A stretch of DNA of 64,000 nucleotides from Dictyostelium discoideum. Its lineage: Eukaryota. Made by a program: the position numbers and the translations under genes. Shown in pieces: positions 40,892-53,629 of this stretch (the first letter of the stretch is position 1; every line of letters starts with the position of its first letter). The stretch lies in the NCBI GenBank assembly GCA_000004695.1, contig CM000153.2, forward strand, positions 5,248,001 to 5,312,000, in the 5' to 3' direction. The notes beneath the pieces are model-generated. The model searched no databases and had not been told where the DNA came from. It worked only from the letters and a program-made list of their open reading frames with translations.

Positions 40892-41011
40892 TTCTTGTTT
40901 ATTTTTATTTATTTATTAAATATTTAAAGAAAGATAAATAAAAAAATAACAAAAAAAAAAAAAAAAAAAACAAAATTGAAAATGGGATTGGATTTTTTTT
41001 TTTTTATAATT

Positions 41012-41042
<31 letters not shown>

Positions 41043-41081
41043 GCGCAATTTTTGAAAATAATTTATTGTGATATTTTTAAT

Positions 41082-41474
41082 TTATTGTTGTAATTTAGAA
41101 TTTGATTTTTGTAAAAATCTTTCTTTATTTAAAACAAATCTTTCATGAGTACCTTCACCAATTAATTCTTTATCATCATAAGCTAAAATTTTGAAAGAAA
41201 TCTTTTTATTATCTGATGAGATTGAAGTTATTTCGGCTGTTGCTCTAACATTTAATGATAATGGAGTAGCTGCTAAATGTTTAATTGAAATAGATGTACC
41301 AACTGAAGTTTGTCCTTCTCCCAATTTTCCCTTTAAACATTGAACTGAAGCCCCTTCCATTAAGGCAACCATTGATGGTGTTGAATAAACTTCTACGTCA
41401 CCACTACCTACATTGGTTGCTAATAATGATTCTGTAACTTTGGTTGTAATTTCACCTTTATCTCCAATATTCAT
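41082..41474 (-). CDS. Hotdog-fold thioesterase of the FlK / fluoroacetyl-CoA thioesterase-like family (COG5496). Intronless, 130 aa.
   Basis: MNIGDKGEITTKVTESLLATNVGSGDVEVYSTPSMVALMEGASVQCL...GQTSVGTSISIKHLAATPLSLNVRATAEI...IGEGTHERFVLNKERF matches the FlK-like thioesterase pattern (G..G.VxxTP.MxxLME.A, SVGT...HLAATP, GxGTHER). Codon usage is host-like. Confidence 0.65.
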   Translation of the reverse strand: MNIGDKGEITTKVTESLLATNVGSGDVEVYSTPSMVALMEGASVQCLKGKLGEGQTSVGTSISIKHLAATPLSLNVRATAEITSISSDNKKISFKILAYDDKELIGEGTHERFVLNKERFLQKSNSKLQQ

Positions 41475-41969
41475 TCTTATTATTACTATTTTTATTATTA
41501 TTATTATTTATTTGTACAAATCTAATTTAATAATTATTTAAAAAAAAAAAAAAAAATTAAAAATTAAAAAAAAAATTCTGAAAAAATTGGAAAAAAAAAA
41601 AATTAAAAAAAAATAAAATAAAAAAATAAAAAATAAAAAAAAGGAAAAGATATTTAGAAATGTATTGTTTCAATAAATTTATTGGTTTGTATTTATTAAT
41701 TAAAACATCATTTTTAGAAATTTTTTTCTTTTTTTTTTTTATTTAAAAATTAAAATTTCTTTGAAAAAAAAAAAAAATTAAAAAAAAAATAAAAATAAAA
41801 AAAAAAAATTAAAAAAAAAAAAAAAAAATAGAAAAAATTAAAAAAAAAAATATTTCCCAAATTTAAACAAACCTTATATACCTTTCAAATAAATAAAATA
41901 AAAAAAACTTCATAGTTGTACGATTACTCCCTTTTATATATAAATTTCTCAATACATATTATTATAATT

Positions 41970-42919
41970 ATGAGTTCGTATAATGGTAAAACTATTCAAC
42001 AATCATTAGATGATAATGGTATTGTTTTATTTAGGAAAAACGAATTAAATAACAATAATAATAATAATAATTTAAACAATAATAATAATAATAATAATAA
42101 TAATAATTTAAATAATAAAATAAATCTACCTGCATTTGGTAAAAAGAAGTTCAGTGAAGAAGAAGCAAAAAGGATTCAAGAACTTCTAAGTAAGGATGTT
42201 GATTCTAGTGTTTTAAAGGTTAGGGAAGTTCCCGGTGGTTGTATGTATATATATATTATTTATTTATTTTTTATTATTATAATAACTGTTCTAGCCAATA
42301 ATTATAATAATAACTAATTATAATAATAATAACCAATAATAAAGCAAAATCAGCATATTTAGAAAAAGATGAAGCAATTAAATTAGCAAATGAATTATTT
42401 GGAGATGAAGGATGGTCATTAAAGATAATATCAATGTCACAAGATCAAATAGATGTTAGTCAATTTGTTTATACAGCACATGTTAGAATAATATTAAAGG
42501 ATGGTTCATACAGAGAGAATGTTGGTTGTGGTAATACAAGAAACATTAACGGTATTGCCAATGCAAAGAAAACCGCAATTTCTGATGGTCTAAAACGTTG
42601 TCTCAAACTTTATGGCAATGGTTTAGGTAATAGTTTATCAGGTAATAAATTCAATAAAAGTATTGTTAATTATAATAACAATAACAATAATCGTATCATT
42701 AAAAATGAAAATAATAATAGAGCTCAACAACAACTACAATTACCACCAGCAGTATTAACAGCAACAACTACAACAACAACATCTGTAACACTTAATATAC
42801 CACAAAGTAAAATCGAAAATAATAATAATAATAATAATAATAACAATGGGTTATCAACACCCGAAGCAACTGTACCATATCAATATAATCACCAAAATGT
42901 AAATAATAATAATAATTTA

Positions 42920-42963
<44 letters not shown>

Positions 42964-43240
42964 GAGTAATAATATTGGACTTTCACCACCTAAACCACCT
43001 GGTGTTACATTTCATCCTTATGGTAATAAACCATTAAATATTAGTCCTTCTCATGTAAATAAACAACCAATAATTAGTGTTCCTCAAAAAGTGAATGTAT
43101 CAAATTCTTTTCATCCTCCTCTTCAACAACAACAGCAACAACAACAACATTCACAACAACATTCTCAACAACAAATGGAGGATATAGAAATACAAGAGTT
43201 TTCATTAGAAATGGATAGTGCCTTAGTTGATGTCCAATAA
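41970..43240 (+). CDS. rad52: RAD52 homolog (DNA repair / single-strand annealing). Exons 41970..42240 and 42345..43240, about 389 aa.
   Basis: FGKKKFSEEEAKRIQELLSK...VREVPGG|SKSAYLEKDEAIKLANELFGDEGWSLKIISMSQDQIDV...VRIILKDGSYRENVGCGN...AKKTAISDGLKRCLKLYGNGLGNSL aligns with the human RAD52 N-terminal domain ([31 protein letters not shown]...VRVQLKDGSYHEDVGYG...[24 protein letters not shown]). The 104-nt intron has a GTATGT donor. The tail is Asn/Gln-rich. Confidence 0.8.
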
Positions 43241-43518
43241 ATTAATTAATTAATAATATCAAATATACATACATATATATAATAAAATATAATAAATAAA
43301 TAATACAGTGTGTTTTACTGTTTTTTTTTTTTTTTAGGTAATTTTTTTTTTTCTTGTTTATTTTTTTTTTCTTTGAATTTTGCTTGGAGTATTTTTTTTT
43401 ATATTTTTTTTTTTTTCTTTTTTCATTTTTTTATTTTTTTTTTTTTTAATATTCTATTTATATAATATATAATATATAATATTTATAAAGTTTAAAATTA
43501 ATTAAAAATATAAAAATA

Positions 43519-44169
43519 ATGGGAATAGAAATTGAAAGATTCTTTGGAGGTGTAATTGATTCAAATGAAAATAATATTAGATTTGAAACAGCAGATATTG
43601 TTTTACTTTCAGGACCAACATTATGTGGTAAAACATCATTACTTTTTCAATATGGATATACCTATGCAAAACAAGGTTATAATGTTTTATTTATATGTAA
43701 TAAAAAAAAGTTTCAACAAAGCTTACCTTTCTTGCCTATAGGTTTCATTAAAGATGATTTTATTTTAAAAAAATTAAAAATAAAGTAAGTATATATATAT
43801 ATTCATTTATTAATAATAAATAATAATATTTACATATTACACAAATTACACAAAAAATGTTATTAACATTTATATAATTTTTAAAAATAATTAAATAAAT
43901 AAAGGTATATTGAAAATGATGTAGAATTAAGGAATTATTTATTTGAATTTCCAAGTTTATCATATTTACCAGATTTAATATTAATAGATGATATATCATT
44001 TTATTTTATCTCTTCAATGTATGAAAGAAATGTTACACTTGGTAAAACATTTGCTTTCATAAAAGAAACTGTACAATATATAAAAAATCAAAAACTTATA
44101 AAATATAATCAACAAAATAATAACAATCAAGATCAAAATCAAAATCAAGATCAAGATCATCAGAATTTA

Positions 44170-44204
<35 letters not shown>

Positions 44205-44739
44205 TATGGATTGTATTGTAATAGTATCAGATATAAGTGTAATGAATAATGATAGTTCGAATACTTCTACTACTACTACTACTGCTACTGCTGCTGATCA
44301 ATCACAATCACATCCAATACAGCAGGTTCAAAAAATACAAGTTGGAAATGTACCAACATTCATCTCACCAAATCATCCAAAATTTCTTTTTATTCTCCAA
44401 AGATGGACTAGTTTAGTTATTACTATCAATGAAATTTTATCTATTAATGATCCACCACCATCAACTCTTCCTCAACAACCTGCAAATACTCCACAACAAC
44501 AACAACCATATCAACAACACTATCAACATCAACAACCCTCTCATAAAAAATATATACTATCAATTTTAAAATATAAAGATGCAAATAATCCTAATTTCCT
44601 TAAAGATTATACATTTTGTTATAATGTCAAATATCAAGGTCAAAATCATCAAAATAATTCATTTTCATTGGATTCTATTCAAATTCCTAAACAAACAACA
44701 ATTGCAACTGATGACAACGAAAGTACCCAACCTTTATGA
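43519..44739 (+). CDS. RecA/RAD51-paralog-like P-loop protein (XRCC2-like). Exons 43519..43784 and 43905..44739, about 367 aa.
   Basis: Walker A in context ADIVLLSGPTLCGKTSLLFQYGYTYAKQGYNVLFI is comparable with human XRCC2 [21 protein letters not shown]...VLFID. A Walker-B-like PDLILIDDISFYF matches XRCC2 LCLLILDSLSAFYW. The intron is GTAAGT..AG with consistent phase. The C-terminus is Asn/Gln-rich. An Elp6-like or Shu-complex-like RecA fold cannot be excluded. Confidence 0.45.
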
Positions 44740-44854
44740 AAATATGAAAAAAAAATAAAATAAAAAAAATAAAAAAAATAAAAATTCAAAAACAGAATTA
44801 TTACCTTCTATTTATCCATACTAAATTCATATTAAAATTTAATTTACAAAAAAT

Positions 44855-44900
<46 letters not shown>

Positions 44901-45320
44901 TAAAAATTGAGAAAAAAAAGTAAAAAAAAAAAGCAATGATTCAAGATATTTTCTAAACATATTTTAATTTATTTTTTTTTTATTTTTTATTTTTTTTTTT
45001 TTTTTTAATCTCATTTTTCATATAATTAAATTAAAAAAATGCAAATTTGTGTGGGTCAGTCAATTTTTTTTTTTTTTTTTTTAATTTTTTTTACTTACAC
45101 TAAATCCATCCACCCAAAAACATTTAATTGTATATTATTATTTAAATAATTATTTTTTTTTTTCTTACTGAATTTTTTTTTTTTTTTTTTTTTTTTTTTT
45201 GTGTGTGTCAAAAATTATAAATTAAAATTTTTTTTTTTTTTATTCCATTATTTTCTATATTTATTTCTTATTTCTTATTTCTTATTTCTATATTTCTTTT
45301 TTCTCACCTTTTTTTCAAAG

Positions 45321-45697
45321 ATGGCCAAATCAAAACCAATAAAAAAAAATGAAGTAACTACACCTGTAAATAACAACAATAACAATAATAATAGTAATAA
45401 TGAAGAAAATGAAGAGATAGATTTAGATGATGTTAAAAAGAAATTTCAAGAATTTAAAATTAAAAATAAACAAAAAAAAGAAGAACATGAAAAAGAGATA
45501 AAAAAGAAATCAACCGAAAATCATGAATCTCATAATGACCATAATGGTGGTGCTCATCACTCTGGCGTAAAGAGATCAAAACCATTGCAACCATTTCCAG
45601 CACTTCACTTTTTCAAAGAATCAAATCCTTCAAAATCTCCAGGTTGGTATTTAGAAAAATGGAGAGAAATGGCTGACCATGAAAAAAAAGTAATTAT

Positions 45698-45764
<67 letters not shown>

Positions 45765-46530
45765 CTTCCATAAACCTATACATATGTATAAGAAAACTAA
45801 TTAATTTTAATTTTATTAATTTTTAAAAAATAATTTCAAAAATTAGCCATTTTATGATTTAGCACAAAAAGATAAAGAAAGATATCAAACCCAAATGGAA
45901 GAATATGAAAAGATTCATAGCTCTATTAACCATCAAAAACCACAAAAAAAACAATTAAAGAAAAAGGTGGAAAGTGGTGGTTCCGATGATGAAGAATCAA
46001 AGAATAATGGTGCACCAAAGAAATTGAGTAAAAAAGAGAAATTGAAAAAAACTCAAGAGGATAAATTAATTGTAAAACAAAATAGATTAAATGGATACAA
46101 AAAAGATGGATGTGATTTAAAAAATGGTGCGTCAACTACCACCACCACTACCACAACTACTTCAAATGTAAAAAACTCTGTAAATAGTAATAATAAAAAG
46201 AAAATTCAAGGTAAGGAAAATGATAGTGAAGATGATAATGAAGATGAAGTTGAAAGTGAGAACTATGATAATGAAGAAGAAGGTGAAGAAGAAGATGATG
46301 ATGATGATGAGGAAGAAGAAGAAGATGATGATGATGAAGATGATGAAGATGATAATGAAGAATCTGGTTCTGAATCTGAAAAAAGTAATAGTGATATATA
46401 TGATGATAGTGTTTTCGTTGACGAGGATGATGGTGATGGTTGGGGTGATATGAAGAGAGGTTTTAAATCTTCACATCACAATTTCAAAGGTGCAAATTGT
46501 GGTGGAAGAAGAATTAAATGGAATAAATAA
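45321..46530 (+). CDS. HMG-box protein with an acidic tail (HMGB/NHP6-like). Exons 45321..45689 and 45847..46530, about 351 aa.
   Basis: The HMG box is split by an intron: KRSKPLQPFPALHFFKESNPSKSPGWYLEKWREMADHEKK|PFYDLAQKDKERYQTQMEEYEK. It is followed by a K-rich region and a long D/E run (EEEGEEEDDDDDEEEEEDDDDEDDEDDNEE). The intron contains a T-run of about 80 nt. Confidence 0.65.
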
Positions 46531-46659
46531 TTAATTTTCCATAAATTTGTTTTTTAAAATAAATAAAATAAATAATAATAAATACAATAATAATAATTAA
46601 TAATAATAATCGTAAAGTTTATTTTAATTATTTTTTTTGAAATTTTCTTATTAAATTTC

Positions 46660-48282
46660 TTAGTGTTTCTTAACAATATAACTTAATGGTTTGTCTTGTT
46701 GTTGTTGTTGTTGAATTTGGTTAGCATAAAAAACTGGTTGTGGTTGTTGTGGAACAAAACGATATTGTTGTGGTTGTACTTGTTGTGGTACAGAAATGAA
46801 ATAAGATTGCACAACTGGTGATTTATATGCAGATGGAATGATGATTGTAGATTTGTTAACAGTGTCATTATTTAATTTTGATAATAATGGTTGCTTATTA
46901 TAGAATGATTGCGATGATGGTGATTTGGAACCTCTTGAAACAGTTACATAATGAGAAATTAAGAGCATAGCACAATCACTTAAAAAGAACCATGCATAAC
47001 TTGAAGAGAAATGAGCACCAAAGTGAGCACACCATTTAGAAGAGAATAAAGTAATTGATAAACCAACTCCACCAACTAAACCAGCGAATAATAACCAAAA
47101 TATTGATTTCAAGTTCTTTCTTTTAGCCAAATAGATAATTTGTAAAATTAAATAAACACCACATGAAACGGCAACAACTGCTTCATAAAGTACTAATGCC
47201 CAAACACGTGGATCACTTGAATAATATAATCCATAAACCCAACTAATTAACAAAATAATTGAATTGAATAATAAAATAATTTTAGTTTTTGTTTCTTTTG
47301 GATTAATAATTCCAACATCTGCCAAACCACAATATAAAAAGAATGTTCCAACTGTTGATGTTAAATCAACATCTGCGACTGAAACAAACTTTTTTAAAAA
47401 ATGAAAATAAAGAAATAAATAAATTTAATATTAATAAAATTTTAAAAATAAATAAATAAATTAAATTAAATTTATATAAAATAAAAACACACTTACATCT
47501 CTAAGTTTTAAGTAAAAGTTACTTGATAATGAATCTGCTAACATTGCAAATGTCATCATAATACCATACATTAAAAATGTGACAGAATATAAATAGTTAC
47601 AATTATATTTTTTAAATAATTTAAATCTACTAACACCAATATATAATGCCCATAAACATAATGGAACTAAAAATGGATCATAAATTTTATAACCCCAAAC
47701 TGTAATCCAATCATAGCAAAGTCCATCATCTGATGATGATCCAGTACTTGGGCTAGATGATGATGATGATGATGGTGAGGTACTACTACTACCACCACTA
47801 ATACTACCACTACCACTATAACTACTACCACTATAGCTGCTACCACTATAGCTACTGCTATCACTATAGCTGCTACCACTTACACTTCCACTTAAACTTT
47901 CACTTGCACTTGTAATCATTGAAGTGATAAAACTTGAAATTACTGATCCTGAATATGATGATCCTGAATGTTCTGATGATCCTGTTGTGGTAGTAGAAAT
48001 TGTTGTAGTTGATGAAATTGTTGAAGTTGTTGATGTAAAACTTGGAGTTGGTGTACTTGTAGTACTAGTTACTGTACCACTTGATTGGCCAGTACCACCA
48101 GTACTTGAAATAGTTGAAATACCACCTGATCCACTTCCACTTCCACTACCTTTTATTTTTTTTTTATTTTTTATGTTTTTTAAAAAATGAAAAATTAGAA
48201 ATTTCAAATAAAATTAAAAATTAAGATAGAAAAAATAAATCTTACTGGCACCAAATCCTGATACAAAATCAAAATTATCCAT
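46660..48282 (-). CDS. Multi-pass membrane protein with a Gly/Ser/Thr-rich N-terminal region. Exons complement(46660..47388, 47497..48149, 48246..48282).
   Basis: Exon 1 is MDNFDFVSGFGA (GTAAGA donor). Exon 2 runs from GSGSGSGSGG through a long S/T-rich tract to LCYDWITVWGYKIYDPFLVPLCLWALYIGV...FLMYGIMMTFAMLADSL (transmembrane segments). Exon 3 follows a 108-nt intron (GTAAGT..AAAAAAG) and reads FVSVADVDLTSTVGTFFLYCGLADVGIINPKETKTKIILLFNSIILLISWVYGLYY... with at least 4 more transmembrane segments. No family is assigned. Confidence 0.5.
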
Positions 48283-49503
48283 AATTATATAAAAAAAAAA
48301 ATATTGGTTGAAAAAAAAAAAAAGGTGAGAAATGTTTTTTTTTTTTGTTGTGAAAAATGTTGAAGGCTGGAAAAAAAAAATTTTGAAAAAACAGTACGAA
48401 AATATCTGAAATCACCTTTTTTTTATTTTTTTCTTATTTTTTATTTTTTTTGTATTTTTTATTTTTTATTTTTTATTTTTTAATATTTTAATTATTTTTG
48501 TATTTTTTAAAATTTTAATCAAAATCAATAAAATATCATCAAATCTAATTTTGTAATTTAATTTTTTTTTTTTTTTTTTTTTTTTTTTCTTTTTTACAAC
48601 TTCAATAATTTTTTGAGGCCATTACCATAAATGTTTTTTTTTCAAAAAGCAAAGATTCGCGAATCTTTTCAAAAAATTTTATAAATATCAACAATAAAAA
48701 TTAAAAAAATAGAAATGTTTGAGGACATTTCAAATTTTTTGATGTTGGTGCTATTGGTACGTTATTTTTTTTCAGATGACTCTTTAAATTTATCAGGTTA
48801 AAAAAAAAAAAAACAACAATGCCATTGATTTATCTTTTTCCCAAATATTTTCTCCTCCCACAATTTTAATATAATTTTATTTTTGAGAAAATCAAAACAA
48901 AATTATTACAATAATTTTTAAATAGATATATTTTCGTGTTTACACGCCATTGTACAATGCTAAAATTTTTTTTTTTATCTTTACCCTGGTACAAATTAAA
49001 TTACCACCAAACTTCTCCAATGATTAATTTACTTTATAATTATTTTATTTTATTTTATTTTATTTTTTTTTTATTTTTAATTTTTTTTTTTTTTTTTTTT
49101 TCATAATTATTTTTAAACCAATTATAAACTATTTATAAATCAATATTTGTTTTCTTACTTTTTATTTTTGTTTTTGTTTTGTTTTTTTTTTTTTTTTTTT
49201 TAGTAATAAAAGGTCGGAATTTGTGAAAGTACGTTACATTTGTTTTGAAAAAAAGATATTTTAAAAATTTTCTTCAAAATAAAAAAAAGTTTTTCGAAAT
49301 TTAAAACCAACCAATTTTTTTGTGTACAAAACTAGATATCACCCAAAGGTTATTTTTTTTTTTTTTCTTTTTTTTTTTTTTATTTTTGCTTTTTTATTTT
49401 TTATTTTTTATTTTTTATTTTTTTTTTTGAAAAAAAAAATATCAACTTTTTCATCTTTATAATCAATCATATTTTAAATATATAATACATGTTGTATCAC
49501 TAG

Positions 49504-49534
<31 letters not shown>

Positions 49535-49646
49535 TCTTTTTAAATATTTCCTAAACACAAAAATAATAATTTATATTCCCTAAACACAAAAATAATAATT
49601 TTTCACACACCCACCAAATTTAAAAAAATATTGAATAAATTAAAAA

Positions 49647-51535
49647 ATGGATTTCAATCCAGTACCACCACCAAGAGAAACACTCAGAGCTTATTTATCA
49701 AAAAAAGGACATGGTAGGAATTATATATATATAAAAAAAAAAAAAAAAATAAAGATCTAACATATATTAACATTTTTTTTTTTTTTTTTTAAAAATGAAA
49801 AAAGTTGTGAAAAATTGGAAATTAAGATTATTTGTATTAAAACCAGGTTCTAGTTATATGGAATATTTTGTAGATGAAACAGTAAGTTTAATTTTAATAT
49901 TCCAATTTAATTTTATTTTATTTTTTTATAAATCCTGATTTTTTTTTTTTTTATATTTTTTTTTAGAAAGAACAACAACATTTACCACAAGGTAGAGTAC
50001 CATTATATGGTACTAGAGTTATGGAATATGTATATAATAGTAATAATAATCCAAGAGAATTTTGTTTATCAGTAGAGACAGAAAATAAGAATTGGATTAT
50101 TTCAACAGGATCAAAAGCACAACAATTGGAATGGATTGAAGCAATTAAACATGCCATAGAGTCAGCAGTTGAAACAGACGAAATTAAATTACAAAAACAT
50201 AAATCAATTGAAAAACAGTTACAATTGGATGGTAAAAATAAAAATAAAATTCCAGTTTTAAAATTATTATTACTTGGTACTGGTGAATCTGGTAAATCAA
50301 CAGTTGTAAAACAAATGAAAATTTTACATCATAAAGGTTTCTCAAAAGAGGAGGAAGAATTTTATAGGAATTTAATTTATATAAATCTATTGGATGGTAT
50401 GGCATTACTCATTCATGTAATCAAAGAAAATAATATAGAAATTCCACAAGAAACTTTATCAGCAATTAAAAATTATAGTTCATGGTATAGAGTTTATATT
50501 GAAAAAAGAAATAAAAATGGTATTAGAAATAATCCAATTGGTTCAATGATACCAATTTCAATTTTAAATAATAATAAAGATAATAATAATAGCAATAGTA
50601 GTAGTTTAAAAAATAATAGTGGTGGTAGTTCAAGTAGTGAATTAGATAAAAAAATGACACATCTTAGTTTAGATGGATCAACTTGTATAAATTCAAATTC
50701 TGCTTCACCAAATGGACCATCATCATCTACAACAACATCAACAATAAATACACACAATCGTTCAAATAGTGATGGATCAAGTAATAATATATTTAATGTT
50801 CAAGATTTTGGAATTCCACCAATAATTACAAATTATATATCAACGATTTGGTCGGATCCAGTTGTACAATCAGAGGTGATGTTACAAGCTCAAAAGTATC
50901 ATATTAATGAATCCACTCAATATTATTTGAATGAGATAAAGAGAATAGGTAAACCAACATACCAACCTGTAAATTTAGATATCCTAAAATCACGTGCAAC
51001 TACCAATGGTGTGGTTGAAACTGATTTCAATGTAAATGGTGAAGTTATATTTAGAATTGTTGATGTTGCAGGTCAACGTGGTGAAAGAAAGAAATGGATA
51101 AACTTTTTCGATGATGTAACTGCAATAGTTTTCGTTGCAGCTATAAATGAATACGATCAGAAATTGGTCGAAGATAATTGTACCAATAGACTTCATGAAA
51201 GTTTGAATCTATTCGATTCGATTTGTAATGATTCAACTTTTCCAAAGACTTCAATCATATTATTCTTAAATAAAATCGATCTTTTCCGTGAGAAATTAAA
51301 AAGAACCTCAATCAATATTTGTTTTCCAGATTATAATGGTGATCAATCTTATGAAAAATCTTCAAATTATATAAAGAATAATTTTCTTTCAAAGAAAAAA
51401 GGTGGTAATGGTATAAATTCTCAAAATTTTATTTATTTCCATTTCACATGTGCCACTGATACTAAAAGTTTTGAAACAGTTTTTAATTCTGTTAGAGATA
51501 TTATAATTTCAAAAACTTTAGAATTTTATTGTTAA
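49647..51535 (+). CDS. G-protein alpha subunit with an N-terminal PH domain in place of the usual N-terminal helix. Exons 49647..49713, 49805..49881 and 49967..51535, about 571 aa.
   Basis: The PH domain reads MDFNPVPPPRETLRAYLSKKGH|VVKNWKLRLFVLKPGSSYMEYFVDET|KEQQHLPQGRVPLYGTRVMEYVY...EFCLSVETENKNWIISTGSKAQQLEWIEAIKHAI (GxLxKxG..W..R.FVL ... W in the C-terminal helix). The same exon then encodes a complete G-alpha with all five G motifs: KLLLLGTGESGKST (G1), LKSRATTNGVVET (G2 with a switch I Arg), DVAGQRGERKKW (G3), FLNKIDLF (G4) and TCATDT (G5). The introns have GTAGGA and GTAAGT donors, and the phases are consistent. Confidence 0.8.
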
Positions 51536-51967
51536 ATTATTATTTTTTTAAAAAAAAAATAAATAAATAAATTAAAATTTTTTAAAAAATAATAATAATA
51601 ATAATAATTGATTGAATTGGTTTTTTAAAATTTTTTTTTTTTTTTAAATGTTTTTATCAACACAAACAAAATAAAAAATAAATAAATTTATTAAATTTTA
51701 AATAAAAAATAAAAAATAATCTAATTGAACTGATTTCAAATTTTTTTTTATTTATTTTAAATCTATTTTTTTAAATAAAATCTAGTCCAGTGAAATAAAA
51801 TAATAAACAAATGTTTTTATCCACACCATTATTTAACACATCGAAATATTTTATCTTTTTTTTTTTTACTTTTTTTCAATTTTTTTTTTTTCGCTTATTT
51901 ATTTTTATTTTTTTATTTTTCATTTATTTTCATTTAATTTATTTATTTATTTATAAAAAATAAAAAA

Positions 51968-52791
51968 ATGGCATCAGTTGAATCAAAAGTACAAGAATCA
52001 AAGAAACTTTATGATGAATTAAACTTAATTTTTATTAATAATCCTGAAATGTATGTCTTTTATATTAACATTATTATTTACTCTTTATTTATTAACTAAC
52101 ATTTTTTTTTTTTTTCCTTTTGAAAAAGTAATGAGATTGGATTTGTAATGTCATCAAAAGATTATGATGGATTAGAGAATAAACCATTTGTATTAGTTGA
52201 AAATAAATTAGGTATTTCATTTCAATGGATGATAAAATTATATTCATATGCATTAACATACTTTACAGAATTAAAATCAGCATTTGAAAAGAAAATGAAT
52301 GATTTACCAGAAAGACATCAACAATTATTAGTTAATGAATTATTACAAGCAACTAGAAATGTATTATTAATTAATGCTGAAAATTTAACTGCTTTAAATT
52401 TAAGGTAAATAATAAACTACTATGTTATTATTATCAATTATATTTAAATATATATATATATAAATATTTAACTTTTTTTTTTTTTTTTAATATCTATTTA
52501 TATATATATATATAGGAAAGAATTAATAAATTTAAAATATATTAAACATAAAGATGAAATTTCATTATTAAATTTAATATTTACAAAACATCCAAAAAGT
52601 GGTGAGGGATGGGCACATAGAAAATGGGTTATAACAGATTATTTTAAAAAAACAGGTGATTATCTTGATTATGAAATTGAATTAGCAGTTTGTAAAAGAG
52701 TTGCTGAAATTTATCCTAAAAATTATTATTCTTGGACTCATAGATGGTGGATTTTACAACATTTATCAGTTGATATTGTAAGTTTATCTCA

Positions 52792-52822
<31 letters not shown>

Positions 52823-53359
52823 TTATAAAACTAATTTCAATCTTATTTATTATTATTATTATTAATTATTAATTATTTAGATTTTAAAAGATTTAGAAAC
52901 TATGGAAGATTGGGTTAAAAGAAATATTTCAGATTATTGTGGATATCATCATAGATATTTAATATTGACACATTTATTTAATAAATGTTATAATAGTAAT
53001 GATGATAATAATAATAATGAAAGTAAAAGTGAAGAGAATTCAAACGAAATGAAAATTCATAAGTTATGGGAAGACGAATTTAATTTTATTCATAAAATAA
53101 TTAATTTATATCCAGGTCATGAATCATCTTGGTCATATAAGAGAGTTTTAACATTATTTTGGTTACAAATTGCACAACCAATAGTTTTTCAACGTAACAT
53201 TTCAACAACTGTACCAATTACATCATTACAACAAGAATCTCAATTTGTTGATTCAATTTTAGAAGATATCGACTCATCATATTATGAACAACAAAAATCT
53301 TTTGCTCAAAGATATTTACTTTCAATTTATGAAGTATGTATTTTTTATAACTTTATAAA

Positions 53360-53444
<85 letters not shown>

Positions 53445-53629
53445 GGTATTAATTTTATTTTTAATTTTATTTTTAATTTTAGTTAAAATTTAAAGATAGT
53501 GCAGATTTTTCAATTGATATTGATCAAGTAAAAAATAATTATAGTATAATTATAAATGACTTAAAAATTTCTTTCCCAAACCAATTAAAGGTTTGGGAAT
53601 ATAAATTAAACCAATTCGTTGGTCAATAA
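51968..53629 (+). CDS. Protein prenyltransferase alpha-subunit repeat (PPTA) protein, PTAR1-like. Exons 51968..52050, 52129..52404, 52516..52777, 52881..53333 and 53483..53629, about 406 aa.
   Basis: There are three PPTA-type repeats (GEGWAHRKWVI, NYYSWTHRWWIL, HESSWSYKRVLT). Four introns (GTATGT, GTAAAT, GTAAGT, GTATGT donors) all preserve the frame. The last intron contains a 96-nt (TTA)n repeat. Confidence 0.55.
53351..53446. repeat. (TTA)32 microsatellite in an intron of the PPTA gene
   Basis: A perfect trinucleotide run. Confidence 0.9.
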
